Source of the DNA: an uncultured Spartobacteria bacterium
Lineage (GTDB): Bacteria; Verrucomicrobiota; Verrucomicrobiia; Chthoniobacterales; UBA6821
Reading direction: 5' to 3'
DNA length: 64,000 nucleotides
Assembly (NCBI GenBank): GCA_903847935.1
Contig: CAINEX010000095.1
Span: 2,651 to 66,650, forward strand
Shown here: piece by piece, positions 9,498-18,370 of the stretch
How positions within the stretch are numbered: position 1 is the stretch's first letter
How the letters are laid out: each line of letters begins with the position of its first letter
Notes under the pieces: generated by a model
Seen by the model: the letters and a program-made list of their open reading frames with translations, nothing else
Databases searched by the model: none
What the model was told of the DNA's origin: nothing
Made by a program: the position numbers and the translations under genes

Positions 9498-9901
9498 TGA
9501 CGATCCTCCTCTGGAACGGGGTTCCAAGTGCTGGTTTCAAGGTGCTTTTTGAGACCAATCCTGTTGATGACAGGAACAGCCATGAAGCTAGCGATGAAAG
9601 CCAATAGGCCGGCAAAAAAAGCAATCCACCCGCCCTTGATGGCGCCCATCACATTCTGCTGAGCGGCCATTGCCACGACAATCGGGATGTACATGGCAGC
9701 CCAGAATTGAACGCCGCCGGCGGATACGGAATTGAAGTGGCCAAGCTTTCTCATCCGCTCCGTAAGGAACATCAGCAGGAGCATCGAGAATCCCACCCCC
9801 CCGACATTCTTGTCTTCATGCAGCAGGTAACCGAGCAGTTCCCCCGCAAAATTACCAACGAGGTAGCAGATCGAGAGAAGGGCGACGCCGTAGATAATCA
9901 T
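9494..9901 (-). CDS. madL: malonate transporter subunit MadL
   Basis: Trimmed to the ATG at 9901 (MIIYGVALLSICYLVGNFAGELLGYLL...NVGGVGFSMLLL...YIPIVVAMAAQQNV), 135 aa. A typical MadL-family small membrane subunit. Confidence 0.78.
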   Translation of the reverse strand: MIIYGVALLSICYLVGNFAGELLGYLLHEDKNVGGVGFSMLLLMFLTERMRKLGHFNSVSAGGVQFWAAMYIPIVVAMAAQQNVMGAIKGGWIAFFAGLLAFIASFMAVPVINRIGLKKHLETSTWNPVPEEDRQ

Positions 9902-9933
9902 GGGGGGAAGGCTTGTAGGGGTATTTGCAATCC

Positions 9934-11103
9934 CTAACAACCGATCCAGGCAAGCAACTCTTGCCGATTGGCATCGAGATCAGGTGCCGGCGCGCGAGTG
10001 GAGGGGTCCTCGAATCCCGAGATCTTGAGGGGATTGCCAACCAACGTGAGCGTCCCACCGCTGCCATCAGGGACCTCAACGAGCATATTTCGTGGATTGA
10101 CCTGCGGGTGATCGATTGCCTGCGCAACAGAATTGATGGGACCACTCGGCACGCCTGCTGCTGCCAGGATCAACAACCATTCGGCCACGCTCTTGGTTTT
10201 GAGCACATCTCCGAGCTCCCTCTGGAGGATTCTAAGATTTTGGAGCCGCAACGCGTTGGTCGCATAGTCTGGATTGACAGCCATCTCGGGACGGCCAAGA
10301 GCCTCGCACATCTTCACGAACAAACCGTCATTACCGGCGGCAATGATGATCGGTCCATCCGCTGCCCGGAAAGCCTGGAACGGAGTGATCGTCGGATGCC
10401 TTGCCCCGAGCGGTCCGGGAATCTCACCCTCCACATTGTACCGCATGATGGCATTTTCAAGGAGTGCCAGTTGACAGTCGAACATGGCAATGTCGACCTT
10501 GGTGGCTTCACCGGTAGTCAATCGATGAACGAGCGCCGCATTCACGGCAATTGCCGTGTATAGTCCGGCTCCGATATCTCCGATAGACATGCCGACACGG
10601 GCCGGGTCCCCTCCCTCATGACCCGTGATGCTCATCATTCCGCCGAGCCCCTGCATCACCATGTCGTAAGCAGGGTCTTTTGAATTCGGACCGGTATGAC
10701 CAAAGCCCGAAGCCGCTGCATAAATCAGCCTGGGGTATTTCGCGTGCAAGGATTCCCATCCGTAACCAAGTCGCTCCATCGTCCCGGGCCGGAAGTTTTC
10801 GACGAGCACATCGGCTTTTCCGAGCAAGCCATCTAAGATCTTCCGGTCAGCATCATTTTTGAGATCCAGGGCGATGCTCTCCTTGCCACGGTTAATGGAG
10901 GCAAAGTAGGCGGATTTACCTTTCACAAAAGGGCCATAGGCTCTTGCGTCATCGCCCCCTTTGGGTGGCTCGACCTTGATCACCCGAGCTCCCATCTCAG
11001 CCATCAGAAGCGTGCAATAGGGCCCCGCTAGAATCCGGGAAAGGTCGATGACAACAATGCCGGCAAGCGGTCCGGAAGGGAGGGAGGGGTTCGTCAGGGG
11101 CAT
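9934..11103 (-). CDS. family III CoA-transferase (CaiB/BaiF/Frc family)
   Basis: Trimmed to the ATG at 11103. GPLAGIVVIDLSRILAGPYCTLLMAEMGARVIKVEPPKGGDDAR is the canonical family III N-terminus. About 389 aa. Confidence 0.85.
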   Translation of the reverse strand: MPLTNPSLPSGPLAGIVVIDLSRILAGPYCTLLMAEMGARVIKVEPPKGGDDARAYGPFVKGKSAYFASINRGKESIALDLKNDADRKILDGLLGKADVLVENFRPGTMERLGYGWESLHAKYPRLIYAAASGFGHTGPNSKDPAYDMVMQGLGGMMSITGHEGGDPARVGMSIGDIGAGLYTAIAVNAALVHRLTTGEATKVDIAMFDCQLALLENAIMRYNVEGEIPGPLGARHPTITPFQAFRAADGPIIIAAGNDGLFVKMCEALGRPEMAVNPDYATNALRLQNLRILQRELGDVLKTKSVAEWLLILAAAGVPSGPINSVAQAIDHPQVNPRNMLVEVPDGSGGTLTLVGNPLKISGFEDPSTRAPAPDLDANRQELLAWIGC

Positions 11104-11124
11104 GCCTTCATAGGTGTCGGAATG

Positions 11125-11160
11125 ATGGAATGAGCATTTCCATGCATATAGCCCTATGCA
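11125..11160. promoter_or_regulatory. two abutting inverted repeats in the divergent malonate-gene control region (candidate operator)
   Basis: ATGGAA-N7-TTCCAT (11125-11143) and TGCATA-N6-TATGCA (11143-11160), read directly from the sequence. Located between the CoA-transferase start (11103) and the MCD start (11246). Confidence 0.3.
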
Positions 11161-11245
11161 AGCAGAGAAATCCCCCGGACCAAGATTGCTGGACAATGAT
11201 AATGAGCTCCTCGACATTCCAACCAATCCTTGAATTAATCACGCC

Positions 11246-12535
11246 ATGTCATTTTTCGAACGATTCACCGGTTCCAAGCAGCTGGCGAGGGCTGTCACAG
11301 CCGCCAAAAAACTTATTTCCGAAAGGGGCGAATCCAATAGCACAAGCATGGCGTTAGAGGTCATGCAACAGTTTCAGAAACTCGAAGAAACCCAGCGTGT
11401 CGATTTTTACAGGGCTCTCGCCCTTGAGTTCAACCCGGAACCCAAAGATGTGCTCAAAGCCGCTCAAGCTTACGCAGAAGACCCCAATGCCAGAACTCTG
11501 ATCGCTCTGACAAAGGTTGCCGAAACCCCGCGACAGGAGCTTCTTCGTCGAATTAACAGGGCACCAGAAGGAACTCGCGCCATTCTCACCATGCGGAGAA
11601 ACCTGTTGAAACTTCTCGATAAGCACCCTGAATTCGCAGCTGTTGATCAGGATTTTCGTCACCTCCTGATTTCTTGGTTCAATCCGGGGTTTCTTAAAAT
11701 GCACCGCGTGGACTGGCATTCCCCGGCGCAGATTCTCGAAAAAATTATCGAACAGGAAGCCGTCCATGAGATTGACGGGTGGGAGGATCTCCGTCGCCGA
11801 CTCCAGCCCGATCGACGTTGCTTTGCCTTCTTTCATCCACAACTTCCCGAGGAACCTCTTATTTTTGTGGAGGTCGCTTTGCTCTCGGAAATCCCCGATC
11901 GTGTGGGCCCCTTGGTTGATAAAAAATCAACCCCCTTGGAGTGTGAAAAATTCAAAGTGGCGGCGTTCTATTCCATCAGCAACTGCGAACCGGGCCTTCG
12001 TAATGTCTCGCTGGGCAACTTCCTGATCAAACGTGTTGCTGCTCAACTGAAAGCGGAATTTCCAGCCCTTAAAACCTTTGTCACCCTCTCACCCATCCCC
12101 GGGTTCATGGAGTGGGTAGCCTCCGGAGCAACCATGGAGGAGTCGGTCAAGACACCGGCCCTTGTCGAGCGGATTCAGGAAGCGATTGGTCTTCTTAACC
12201 TGCAAGAAAAAGGCTGGCATCAGCGCCTGAGCGAGGGATGGATGCCCACGCTGGCATCGGGAAAGGAGCGTGATGCTCTTTCCGCTCTTTGCTCCCTCTA
12301 TCTCATTCACTGTTCCCCAAAAAAGGGTGGAAATCCCGTTGCTAAATTTCATCTTGGGAATGGCGCCAAGCTCTACCGCCTTCATTGGGCTGCAAACCCT
12401 TCCAAGAGAGGTCTCCGGGAGTCCGCGGGTATCATGGTGAACTACCTCTATGACCTCGATCGCGTGGAGGAAAATCATGAGCGCTTCGTGAAAGGAGAAG
12501 TCGTTTACTCGCGCGGCGTGATCAGATCCTTCTGA
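11246..12535 (+). CDS. malonyl-CoA decarboxylase (MCD/MatA family)
   Basis: 429 aa. FYSISNCEPGLRNVSLGNFLIKRV and TLSPIPGFMEWV match the conserved MCD core. Confidence 0.85.
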   Translation: MSFFERFTGSKQLARAVTAAKKLISERGESNSTSMALEVMQQFQKLEETQRVDFYRALALEFNPEPKDVLKAAQAYAEDPNARTLIALTKVAETPRQELLRRINRAPEGTRAILTMRRNLLKLLDKHPEFAAVDQDFRHLLISWFNPGFLKMHRVDWHSPAQILEKIIEQEAVHEIDGWEDLRRRLQPDRRCFAFFHPQLPEEPLIFVEVALLSEIPDRVGPLVDKKSTPLECEKFKVAAFYSISNCEPGLRNVSLGNFLIKRVAAQLKAEFPALKTFVTLSPIPGFMEWVASGATMEESVKTPALVERIQEAIGLLNLQEKGWHQRLSEGWMPTLASGKERDALSALCSLYLIHCSPKKGGNPVAKFHLGNGAKLYRLHWAANPSKRGLRESAGIMVNYLYDLDRVEENHERFVKGEVVYSRGVIRSF

Positions 12536-12602
12536 AGGGTTCATTTCACAGTGACAACGGATAAGATGCCTCCCGGCGTTTTGGGAGAGGGGTTCTGCCA
12601 GC

Positions 12603-13961
12603 CTAAGCCCCGATGGATTTGGTCAAGGCCGTGGCAATAGCATCAGCGGCAGCGTTGATCATCGTCTCGTCAGAGCCCTCGATCAGAAGCCTGACTTTGG
12701 GTTCCGTGCCCGAATACCGGAGCAGAACACGTCCTTTACCAGCCAGAGATTTTTCCGTTTTTGCAACAAGAGCTGAAACCTTGGGCAATGTTTTCAGCGA
12801 GGGCTTGCTCTTTACCGTCAGATTTCTCTGAGCCTGAGGGTATTTTTTAAGACACAGGCGAAGTTCGCTGAGTGGCTTGCCGCTCTCAGTCATGATCCGA
12901 AGCACCTGAAGGGCGGCCAGTAGTCCGTCGCCAGTCGTCCCATGATCACGAAAGATCAGGTGACCGCTCTGCTCCCCTCCGATCGAGAAGTTACCGTTTC
13001 TCATCGCATCAACAACATACCGGTCACCGACGGCGGTTCGCAGAACGGAACCTCCTGCGGAAGCAATGCACTCATCTAGACCGAAGTTGCTCATCACGGT
13101 GGCTACCAAGGTCTTTCCTGCAAGAGTTCCGCGTTTCAACCCGTCAAGAGCGGTCATTGCGAGAATCTCATCCCCATCGAGGATCCCTCCCTTTTCATCA
13201 ACAAGCACTAACCGGTCGGCATCACCATCATGAGAAATTCCAACCTGAGCTCCGGTTTCAAGGATCAGTCTGGCGATCTCTCCGGGATGGGTGCTTCCAC
13301 ATGAGTCGTTGATGTTTAGTCCATCCGGGGAATCGTGGAATGCCAATACGGTAGCGCCTAACTTTTGTAGAACTTCTGGAGTTGTTCTGAACGAGGCACC
13401 GTTTGCGCAATCGACCGCAACCTTTATGCCATGAAGCGTCATGCCAGGAACACTCGCCATCACGGAAGCACCGTAGCGCTGTGAGGCATCGCCAATGACG
13501 CGTTTGATTCCGACTTCGTCACCACAGGGGCGCAATCCGTCAATCTCAGGCGTCAGGATCAGTGCTTCCAGCCTCTCTTCCTCAGAATCATCAAGCTTGT
13601 GGCCGTCGGCACCAAAAAGCTTGAGCCCGTTGTCCCCGGCGGGATTGTGTGAAGCTGAGATAACAACCCCTCCCCGAGCATGAAGTTCACGGACCAGTAA
13701 TGCCACTCCCGGTGTGGGCAACACACCGGCAAGCAGGGCGTCAACGCCGACTGAATTGAGGCCGGCAACCAATGCATCTTCCAGCATGCCACCCGAGAGG
13801 CGTGTGTCTCGCCCGACCACAACACAAGATCGTTCTTGCCCCTCCTGACGGAAGTGAAATCCCACGGCTCTACCAAGCCTTAACGCCACCTCGGGTGTCA
13901 CGGGGTAGATGTTGGCGACACCCCTGATCCCATCGGTTCCAAAAAGAATGCGTTCAGCCAT
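12603..13961 (-). CDS. glmM: phosphoglucosamine mutase
   Basis: 452 aa. N-terminus LFGTDGIRG, active-site SASHNPAGDNG, and GDGDADR metal loop. Confidence 0.94.
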   Translation of the reverse strand: MAERILFGTDGIRGVANIYPVTPEVALRLGRAVGFHFRQEGQERSCVVVGRDTRLSGGMLEDALVAGLNSVGVDALLAGVLPTPGVALLVRELHARGGVVISASHNPAGDNGLKLFGADGHKLDDSEEERLEALILTPEIDGLRPCGDEVGIKRVIGDASQRYGASVMASVPGMTLHGIKVAVDCANGASFRTTPEVLQKLGATVLAFHDSPDGLNINDSCGSTHPGEIARLILETGAQVGISHDGDADRLVLVDEKGGILDGDEILAMTALDGLKRGTLAGKTLVATVMSNFGLDECIASAGGSVLRTAVGDRYVVDAMRNGNFSIGGEQSGHLIFRDHGTTGDGLLAALQVLRIMTESGKPLSELRLCLKKYPQAQRNLTVKSKPSLKTLPKVSALVAKTEKSLAGKGRVLLRYSGTEPKVRLLIEGSDETMINAAADAIATALTKSIGA

Positions 13962-13964
13962 GAA

Positions 13965-14159
13965 TCAGTCCGAGTTTTTTTTGATGTTCTTGGCCCCGTG
14001 CCTTGACGAAGAGTCCGGAGCATTCTGCGAACTGTCCGCGCGCGGGGGTCTACGCTCCGGAAGCGGGCCCAGATTTTGACGAATGAGATACCAAAGGGCC
14101 GCGCCCAGGAGTAGGCAGACCAGTTTCTCCTTCCAGTTGTGTAAAAGAATCCGTCGCAT
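13965..14159 (-). CDS. possible CdaR-like membrane-anchor stub (64 aa, no YbbR domains)
   Basis: The ATG at 14159 gives MRRILLHNWKEKLVCLLLGAALWYLIRQN..., resembling the N-terminal TM anchor of CdaR/YbbR proteins. The stop lies 3 nt before the glmM ATG. It overlaps the cdaA 3' end by 110 nt in another frame. No clear SD. Confidence 0.3.
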   Translation of the reverse strand: MRRILLHNWKEKLVCLLLGAALWYLIRQNLGPLPERRPPRADSSQNAPDSSSRHGAKNIKKNSD

Positions 14160-14934
14160 TGTTTTCTTCAAGGAGCAGAAGCTGTGAAAGACGCTTGCTG
14201 AACCGTTCGACGTTGAGGTTGCGCTCAATGACCCCCGAGTGACAAATCGAAACTTGCCCGCTCTCCTCGGAAACGATGAGGACCACGGTATCCGATTCCT
14301 CCGAAAGACCAAGGCCGGCGCGGTGCCTGAGCCCGATTGTCCTGTCCAGATCATCACGCTGGGTAAGTGGAAAAATGCAACCGGCGGCCACGATGCGCTC
14401 GCCGCGAACGATCACCCCTCCGTCATGGAGCACCGTCTTGGGGTGAAAGATCGTGAGGAGGAGTTCTTTTGAGAATTCGGCATCCAGCTCCACGCCGCTT
14501 TCAGAGAAGGGTTTCAAGCTGATATCGCGCTCCAGGGCGATCAGGGCACCAAATCCCTTGCTGGAAAGGTCAAACACCGCATCGGTCAACTCCTCGATTG
14601 CCTCGCGGCGCTGCAGGGCGGTGGTGAAAAACCGATGACTCCCCAGTTCGTTGAGTGCGCGGCGCAACTCCGGCTGGAAAATGACCACCAGAGCGATCGC
14701 CAGAAAGACGGAGAAGCTCCTCAGCAACCATCCGAGAACGGCCAGATCAAGCACTTGGGAAATAAAGCTGAGTGTCAGAAAGACTAGGGCGACACCGATC
14801 AGGATGCGGGCACCATGAGTCCCCCTCAAGTAGAGATAGGTATAATAAAGTATCGTGGTGATGATCAGGATCTCCACTCCCGAGGTCCAATACTCGTGAA
14901 ACATGCCGAATATTCCGGAGAGGAGGTCCTTCAT
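14050..14934 (-). CDS. cdaA: diadenylate cyclase CdaA (c-di-AMP synthase)
   Basis: 294 aa. Three N-terminal TM segments followed by a DAC domain (GALIALERD, LHDGGVIVRG, GLRHRAGLGLSEESD). ATGA overlap with the folP stop. Confidence 0.9.
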   Translation of the reverse strand: MKDLLSGIFGMFHEYWTSGVEILIITTILYYTYLYLRGTHGARILIGVALVFLTLSFISQVLDLAVLGWLLRSFSVFLAIALVVIFQPELRRALNELGSHRFFTTALQRREAIEELTDAVFDLSSKGFGALIALERDISLKPFSESGVELDAEFSKELLLTIFHPKTVLHDGGVIVRGERIVAAGCIFPLTQRDDLDRTIGLRHRAGLGLSEESDTVVLIVSEESGQVSICHSGVIERNLNVERFSKRLSQLLLLEENNATDSFTQLEGETGLPTPGRGPLVSHSSKSGPASGA

Positions 14935-15776
14935 GCGTTCAGGATGGATTCTGTCATGCGAAGGGCTTCCACATGCGGACGTGGATCGTGTACTCGAAAC
15001 AGGCGCGCTCCGAGTTGGCGGGCAAGGGCCGTAACGGCAAGAGCCGCCGGCAGCCGTTCATCCTGATCGCTTCGGCAAACCGCCTGTCCGCCAAGGAATG
15101 ATTTTCTGGAATGACCTATCATCAGGGGTGCCCCAAGCGAAGAGAGTGTCGGCATACCATGAATAAGACTCAGATTATGAGCTTGGGTTTTTCCAAAGCC
15201 GATCCCCGGGTCGAGTATGATCGCGGTCGCATCCACGCCGAAGCCTATGGCCGCCGCCCTTCGTTCTGAAAGATTTTTTGCCACCTCACCGACAACGTCG
15301 TCGTTGTGGTAATGGGGGGCCTGTTGCATGGTCTCCGGAATTCCCTGCATGTGCATCAGGATCAATCCCGCCCCGGACCTGGCTGCAAGTTCACCCATGC
15401 GGGGATCACCGCCCAATGCCGTCACGTCGTTGATGATATCAGCTCCGGCCTCCAAGGCCGCCTCGGCCACTACGGATTTAGAGGTATCAACGGAGAGAGG
15501 CATGTCTGTCCTGGCCCGCAGCGCCCGGATAAGTGGAATCACTCTCCCCAACTCTTCATCAACGGAAATGGGCATGGAGCCGGGCTTGGTCGACTCCCCA
15601 CCGATATCAAGCACACTGGCCCCATCGTTGAGAAGTTTTAGCCCGTGTCCGCACGCCGCTTCCAAATCTTGGAACCTTCCCCCATCCGAGAATGAATCAG
15701 GCGTTGCATTCACGATGCCTAGAATCACCCCCCGCTTGCTGAGATCGATCTCACGCCTGCGGAATTTCCAGATCAT
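14931..15776 (-). CDS. folP: dihydropteroate synthase
   Basis: 281 aa. GIVNATPDSFSDGG, ASVLDIGGESTKPG and DPGIGFGK pterin-binding motifs. Confidence 0.93.
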   Translation of the reverse strand: MIWKFRRREIDLSKRGVILGIVNATPDSFSDGGRFQDLEAACGHGLKLLNDGASVLDIGGESTKPGSMPISVDEELGRVIPLIRALRARTDMPLSVDTSKSVVAEAALEAGADIINDVTALGGDPRMGELAARSGAGLILMHMQGIPETMQQAPHYHNDDVVGEVAKNLSERRAAAIGFGVDATAIILDPGIGFGKTQAHNLSLIHGMPTLSSLGAPLMIGHSRKSFLGGQAVCRSDQDERLPAALAVTALARQLGARLFRVHDPRPHVEALRMTESILNA

Positions 15777-15815
15777 TGCGTCAAGGGTGTAAAGCTGTTG
15801 CCCGCAAGCCCCAGT

Positions 15816-17102
15816 CTATTGACCCAATCGGAGACTCACGGAACGACCATGGGCATCAAGACCCTCGATCTCGCAGAAGGTTTCAATGAAAGAGAGTGAT
15901 TTTTTGAGGGCGAGAGCATCAAAACGCACGATGCTTGTCCGTCTCTGAAACTGATCGGCCGTAAGGCCCGCAAAGGCCTTTCCGGCTCCACCAGTCGGCA
16001 GTTCGTGACTCGGTCCTGCAAGGAAATCCCCAGCAGCCACCGGTGAGATATCTCCCAGAAAGATGCCTCCGGCGGAGTTTAGTTTAGTCGCTAAGAATTC
16101 TGGTTTGCGAACGGCAAGCGAGACGTGTTCGGCAGAAAACCCATTTGCGATCTCCACGGCTTGGTTCATGTCTCGCACAAGGACCAACACGGCGTTGGCC
16201 ATCGCTTTGGCAAGATGCTCAGGGCGGGTGGAAAGCTTCGACTGGCGCTTTATTTCTTTCTCAACGGCGGCGATAAGCTTCTTGGAATCACTGAGAAGGA
16301 TCACCACGCTACCAGCACCATGCTCGGACTGCGCAAGTAGATCGGAGGCTACCCAGACAGGTTTTGCGCCGGCATCGGCAATCACGAGAACCTCGCTGGG
16401 CCCGGGTAGCAGATCGATACCGACACGCCCGAAAACCTGGCGCTTTGCCTCCACAACATAGGCATTTCCTGGACCGAAGATCTTCGTCACGGGAGGGATT
16501 GATTTTGTCCCGTAAGCAAGCGCCGCGATGGCCTGGGCACCTCCCACCCTGTAGATTTCGGTTGCCCCGCAGAGATCAAGGGCAGCAAGCAGCGCGGGTG
16601 CCACCGTGCCGTCTGCTGCTGCAGGGGTTACGGCAACAATTTCAGGAACTCCCGCAGCCTTTGCAAAACCACAGGTCATGATGGCACTCGAAACAAGTGG
16701 TGCGGTTCCGCCCGGAATGTAGAGACCGACTCGGGGAAGAGGATCGAAGCGCTCACCAACAACCGCTCCCTGGGCGTTCTTCATCGACCAGTTCTTCCTG
16801 AGGCTCTTGCGGGCAAAGGCCGTGACATTCGCTATCGAGGCGGAAAGGGCTTTTTTCACTTCGGGTGTGAGCGATGCACGAGCCTGCTTAATCTCCGTTC
16901 GAGAGACTCGGAGCCTGGATGCCGCGATCCTGGGGCCTCCGAATTTCACCGTGTAGTCGAGCAGGGCGGCGTCACCTTTCCTGCGGACGGACGACAGGAT
17001 TTCAGAGACCGTTTCAAGGACTTCGGAACGCGGTTCTGCCTGCCGGTTCAGTGAGGAAATGGCGCGCTCAAAGCCGCGATCCTTGAAAGTAATCAGTCGC
17101 AT
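15816..17102 (-). CDS. hisD: histidinol dehydrogenase
   Basis: ORF trimmed from 17297 to the ATG at 17102 (MRLITFKDRGFE...), 428 aa. Conserved GPGNAYV, QSEHG and SHELPTGG blocks. Confidence 0.92.
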   Translation of the reverse strand: MRLITFKDRGFERAISSLNRQAEPRSEVLETVSEILSSVRRKGDAALLDYTVKFGGPRIAASRLRVSRTEIKQARASLTPEVKKALSASIANVTAFARKSLRKNWSMKNAQGAVVGERFDPLPRVGLYIPGGTAPLVSSAIMTCGFAKAAGVPEIVAVTPAAADGTVAPALLAALDLCGATEIYRVGGAQAIAALAYGTKSIPPVTKIFGPGNAYVVEAKRQVFGRVGIDLLPGPSEVLVIADAGAKPVWVASDLLAQSEHGAGSVVILLSDSKKLIAAVEKEIKRQSKLSTRPEHLAKAMANAVLVLVRDMNQAVEIANGFSAEHVSLAVRKPEFLATKLNSAGGIFLGDISPVAAGDFLAGPSHELPTGGAGKAFAGLTADQFQRRTSIVRFDALALKKSLSFIETFCEIEGLDAHGRSVSLRLGQ

Positions 17103-17170
17103 CAGATCATTGTAACGCTTGTCGGCCTTGCGGTCAAAACCCGTGATTTCCGTGGGCGAAAAACGTTCCC

Positions 17171-18370
17171 TCAGGGTGTTTTCCAGAGAGGTCTGCCGAT
17201 CCAAAATGGATTGGCCACTCCATCCCGGTAGGCCTTCAGGGAGCCACGTGATGAGTTGACGCGCAGATTGCTGTATGACCCATCGGCATTTTCCCATCGC
17301 TCATGCCAGAAAACAGCGGCTTTCAGTCTCGGATAATTTTTGCTCATGGAGGAGAGAGCCTCAGTGATCCACTCCCCTTTGTCCTCGTTTGGCAAGTGCG
17401 ATTCAGCCACACCCCACTCGGCCAGCATGATAGGCTTTCCCGGATCCAGCAGACACATCTCGTGATAGGGCCATTCAAGCAACTTCCCGAATCCACACCA
17501 CTTGTCATCCTCCTGATTCATCGTCTGTTTGCCATAAACGCTGAGTCCAAGCCAATCGACATACTGGGCGCCGGGATAGTAGGCACCAGGTTGATTCCAC
17601 GAGATGAAGCCAGGCGGGTCTGAATAATTATTAGGCTGGAAGACCCAGAGCACGTTGGTCGCGCCACGCGCCCTCACCCGATCAACAACGTAGCGCCAGG
17701 TTTTTTTGAATGTCTCGGGTCCCTCCCACGTGGAAGGGTTTTTTATATCCCCCTTTCCGAACCAACTGTTCTCGGGTCCGTCATCAGCACCGGTGAGTTT
17801 TGCCAGCGCATCATTGCCAGCTCCCAGTTTCTTGGGAGCTACAGGGTCGCGGGGGCCCTTGCCGTAAAACCAACCCGACCACGGGAACCACGTGCCATTC
17901 ATTTCGCAAGCAAAAGAGACAAAGAATTGGCCGGGCACTTTTGCCGCCTCTTCAGCCCATTTGTCGATATAAGCGTCGCACTTGCCGGCCAGGATTTCTG
18001 TGAGGGCATATTTGTCAGGACCATGTTTTTCCTCAAAAGGTGCGTCCCAGGGAGACCAGAAGAGCAGCGGGACCGCACCATAAGATCTAACAAGCTTCAC
18101 TTGCTCGGAGGGAAACTTCTCCCGCCCCCAGAATGATCCGAAGGCGACGATTGCAAGCGGTTTTCCAGTAAGTTCCTGAAAGTTATCGAGGGCCTCGTAG
18201 GTGACGGCATCCTCTCCCTCTCCAAAATCACAATAGGCGCCGGTGTAAGCGCCATGCTCGGGAATCACAAGCTGTTGAACCTCATCGGTTGGAAGGGTGA
18301 ATCCCGCGGATGCAGAAAGCAGAAAAACGATTGCCGCCAAGGAGAGGCGGAGCATGGGTGTCATGTTCAT
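17171..18370 (-). CDS. secreted clan GH-A glycoside hydrolase, GH26-like
   Basis: 399 aa with a Sec signal (MNMTPMLRLSLAAIVFLLSASAG). FACEMNGTWFPWSG (acid/base Glu context) and IMLAEWGV (nucleophile Glu context) resemble GH26. ATGA overlap with the upstream synthase gene. Confidence 0.65.
   Translation of the reverse strand: MNMTPMLRLSLAAIVFLLSASAGFTLPTDEVQQLVIPEHGAYTGAYCDFGEGEDAVTYEALDNFQELTGKPLAIVAFGSFWGREKFPSEQVKLVRSYGAVPLLFWSPWDAPFEEKHGPDKYALTEILAGKCDAYIDKWAEEAAKVPGQFFVSFACEMNGTWFPWSGWFYGKGPRDPVAPKKLGAGNDALAKLTGADDGPENSWFGKGDIKNPSTWEGPETFKKTWRYVVDRVRARGATNVLWVFQPNNYSDPPGFISWNQPGAYYPGAQYVDWLGLSVYGKQTMNQEDDKWCGFGKLLEWPYHEMCLLDPGKPIMLAEWGVAESHLPNEDKGEWITEALSSMSKNYPRLKAAVFWHERWENADGSYSNLRVNSSRGSLKAYRDGVANPFWIGRPLWKTP

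Noticed and set aside
17103-17297. N-terminal extensions offered by the ORF track for hisD (to 17297). The same applies to the CoA-transferase (to 11226), madL (9940), madM (9527), thiD (1668), truA (23372), purN (40613), aroG (43290), rplU (41230), yajQ (43337) and the 3D lipoprotein (45388).
   Set aside because: The extensions lack similarity to the family N-termini and would overlap upstream genes. Internal ATG/GTG codons give canonical N-termini and often create ATGA stop/start couplings.
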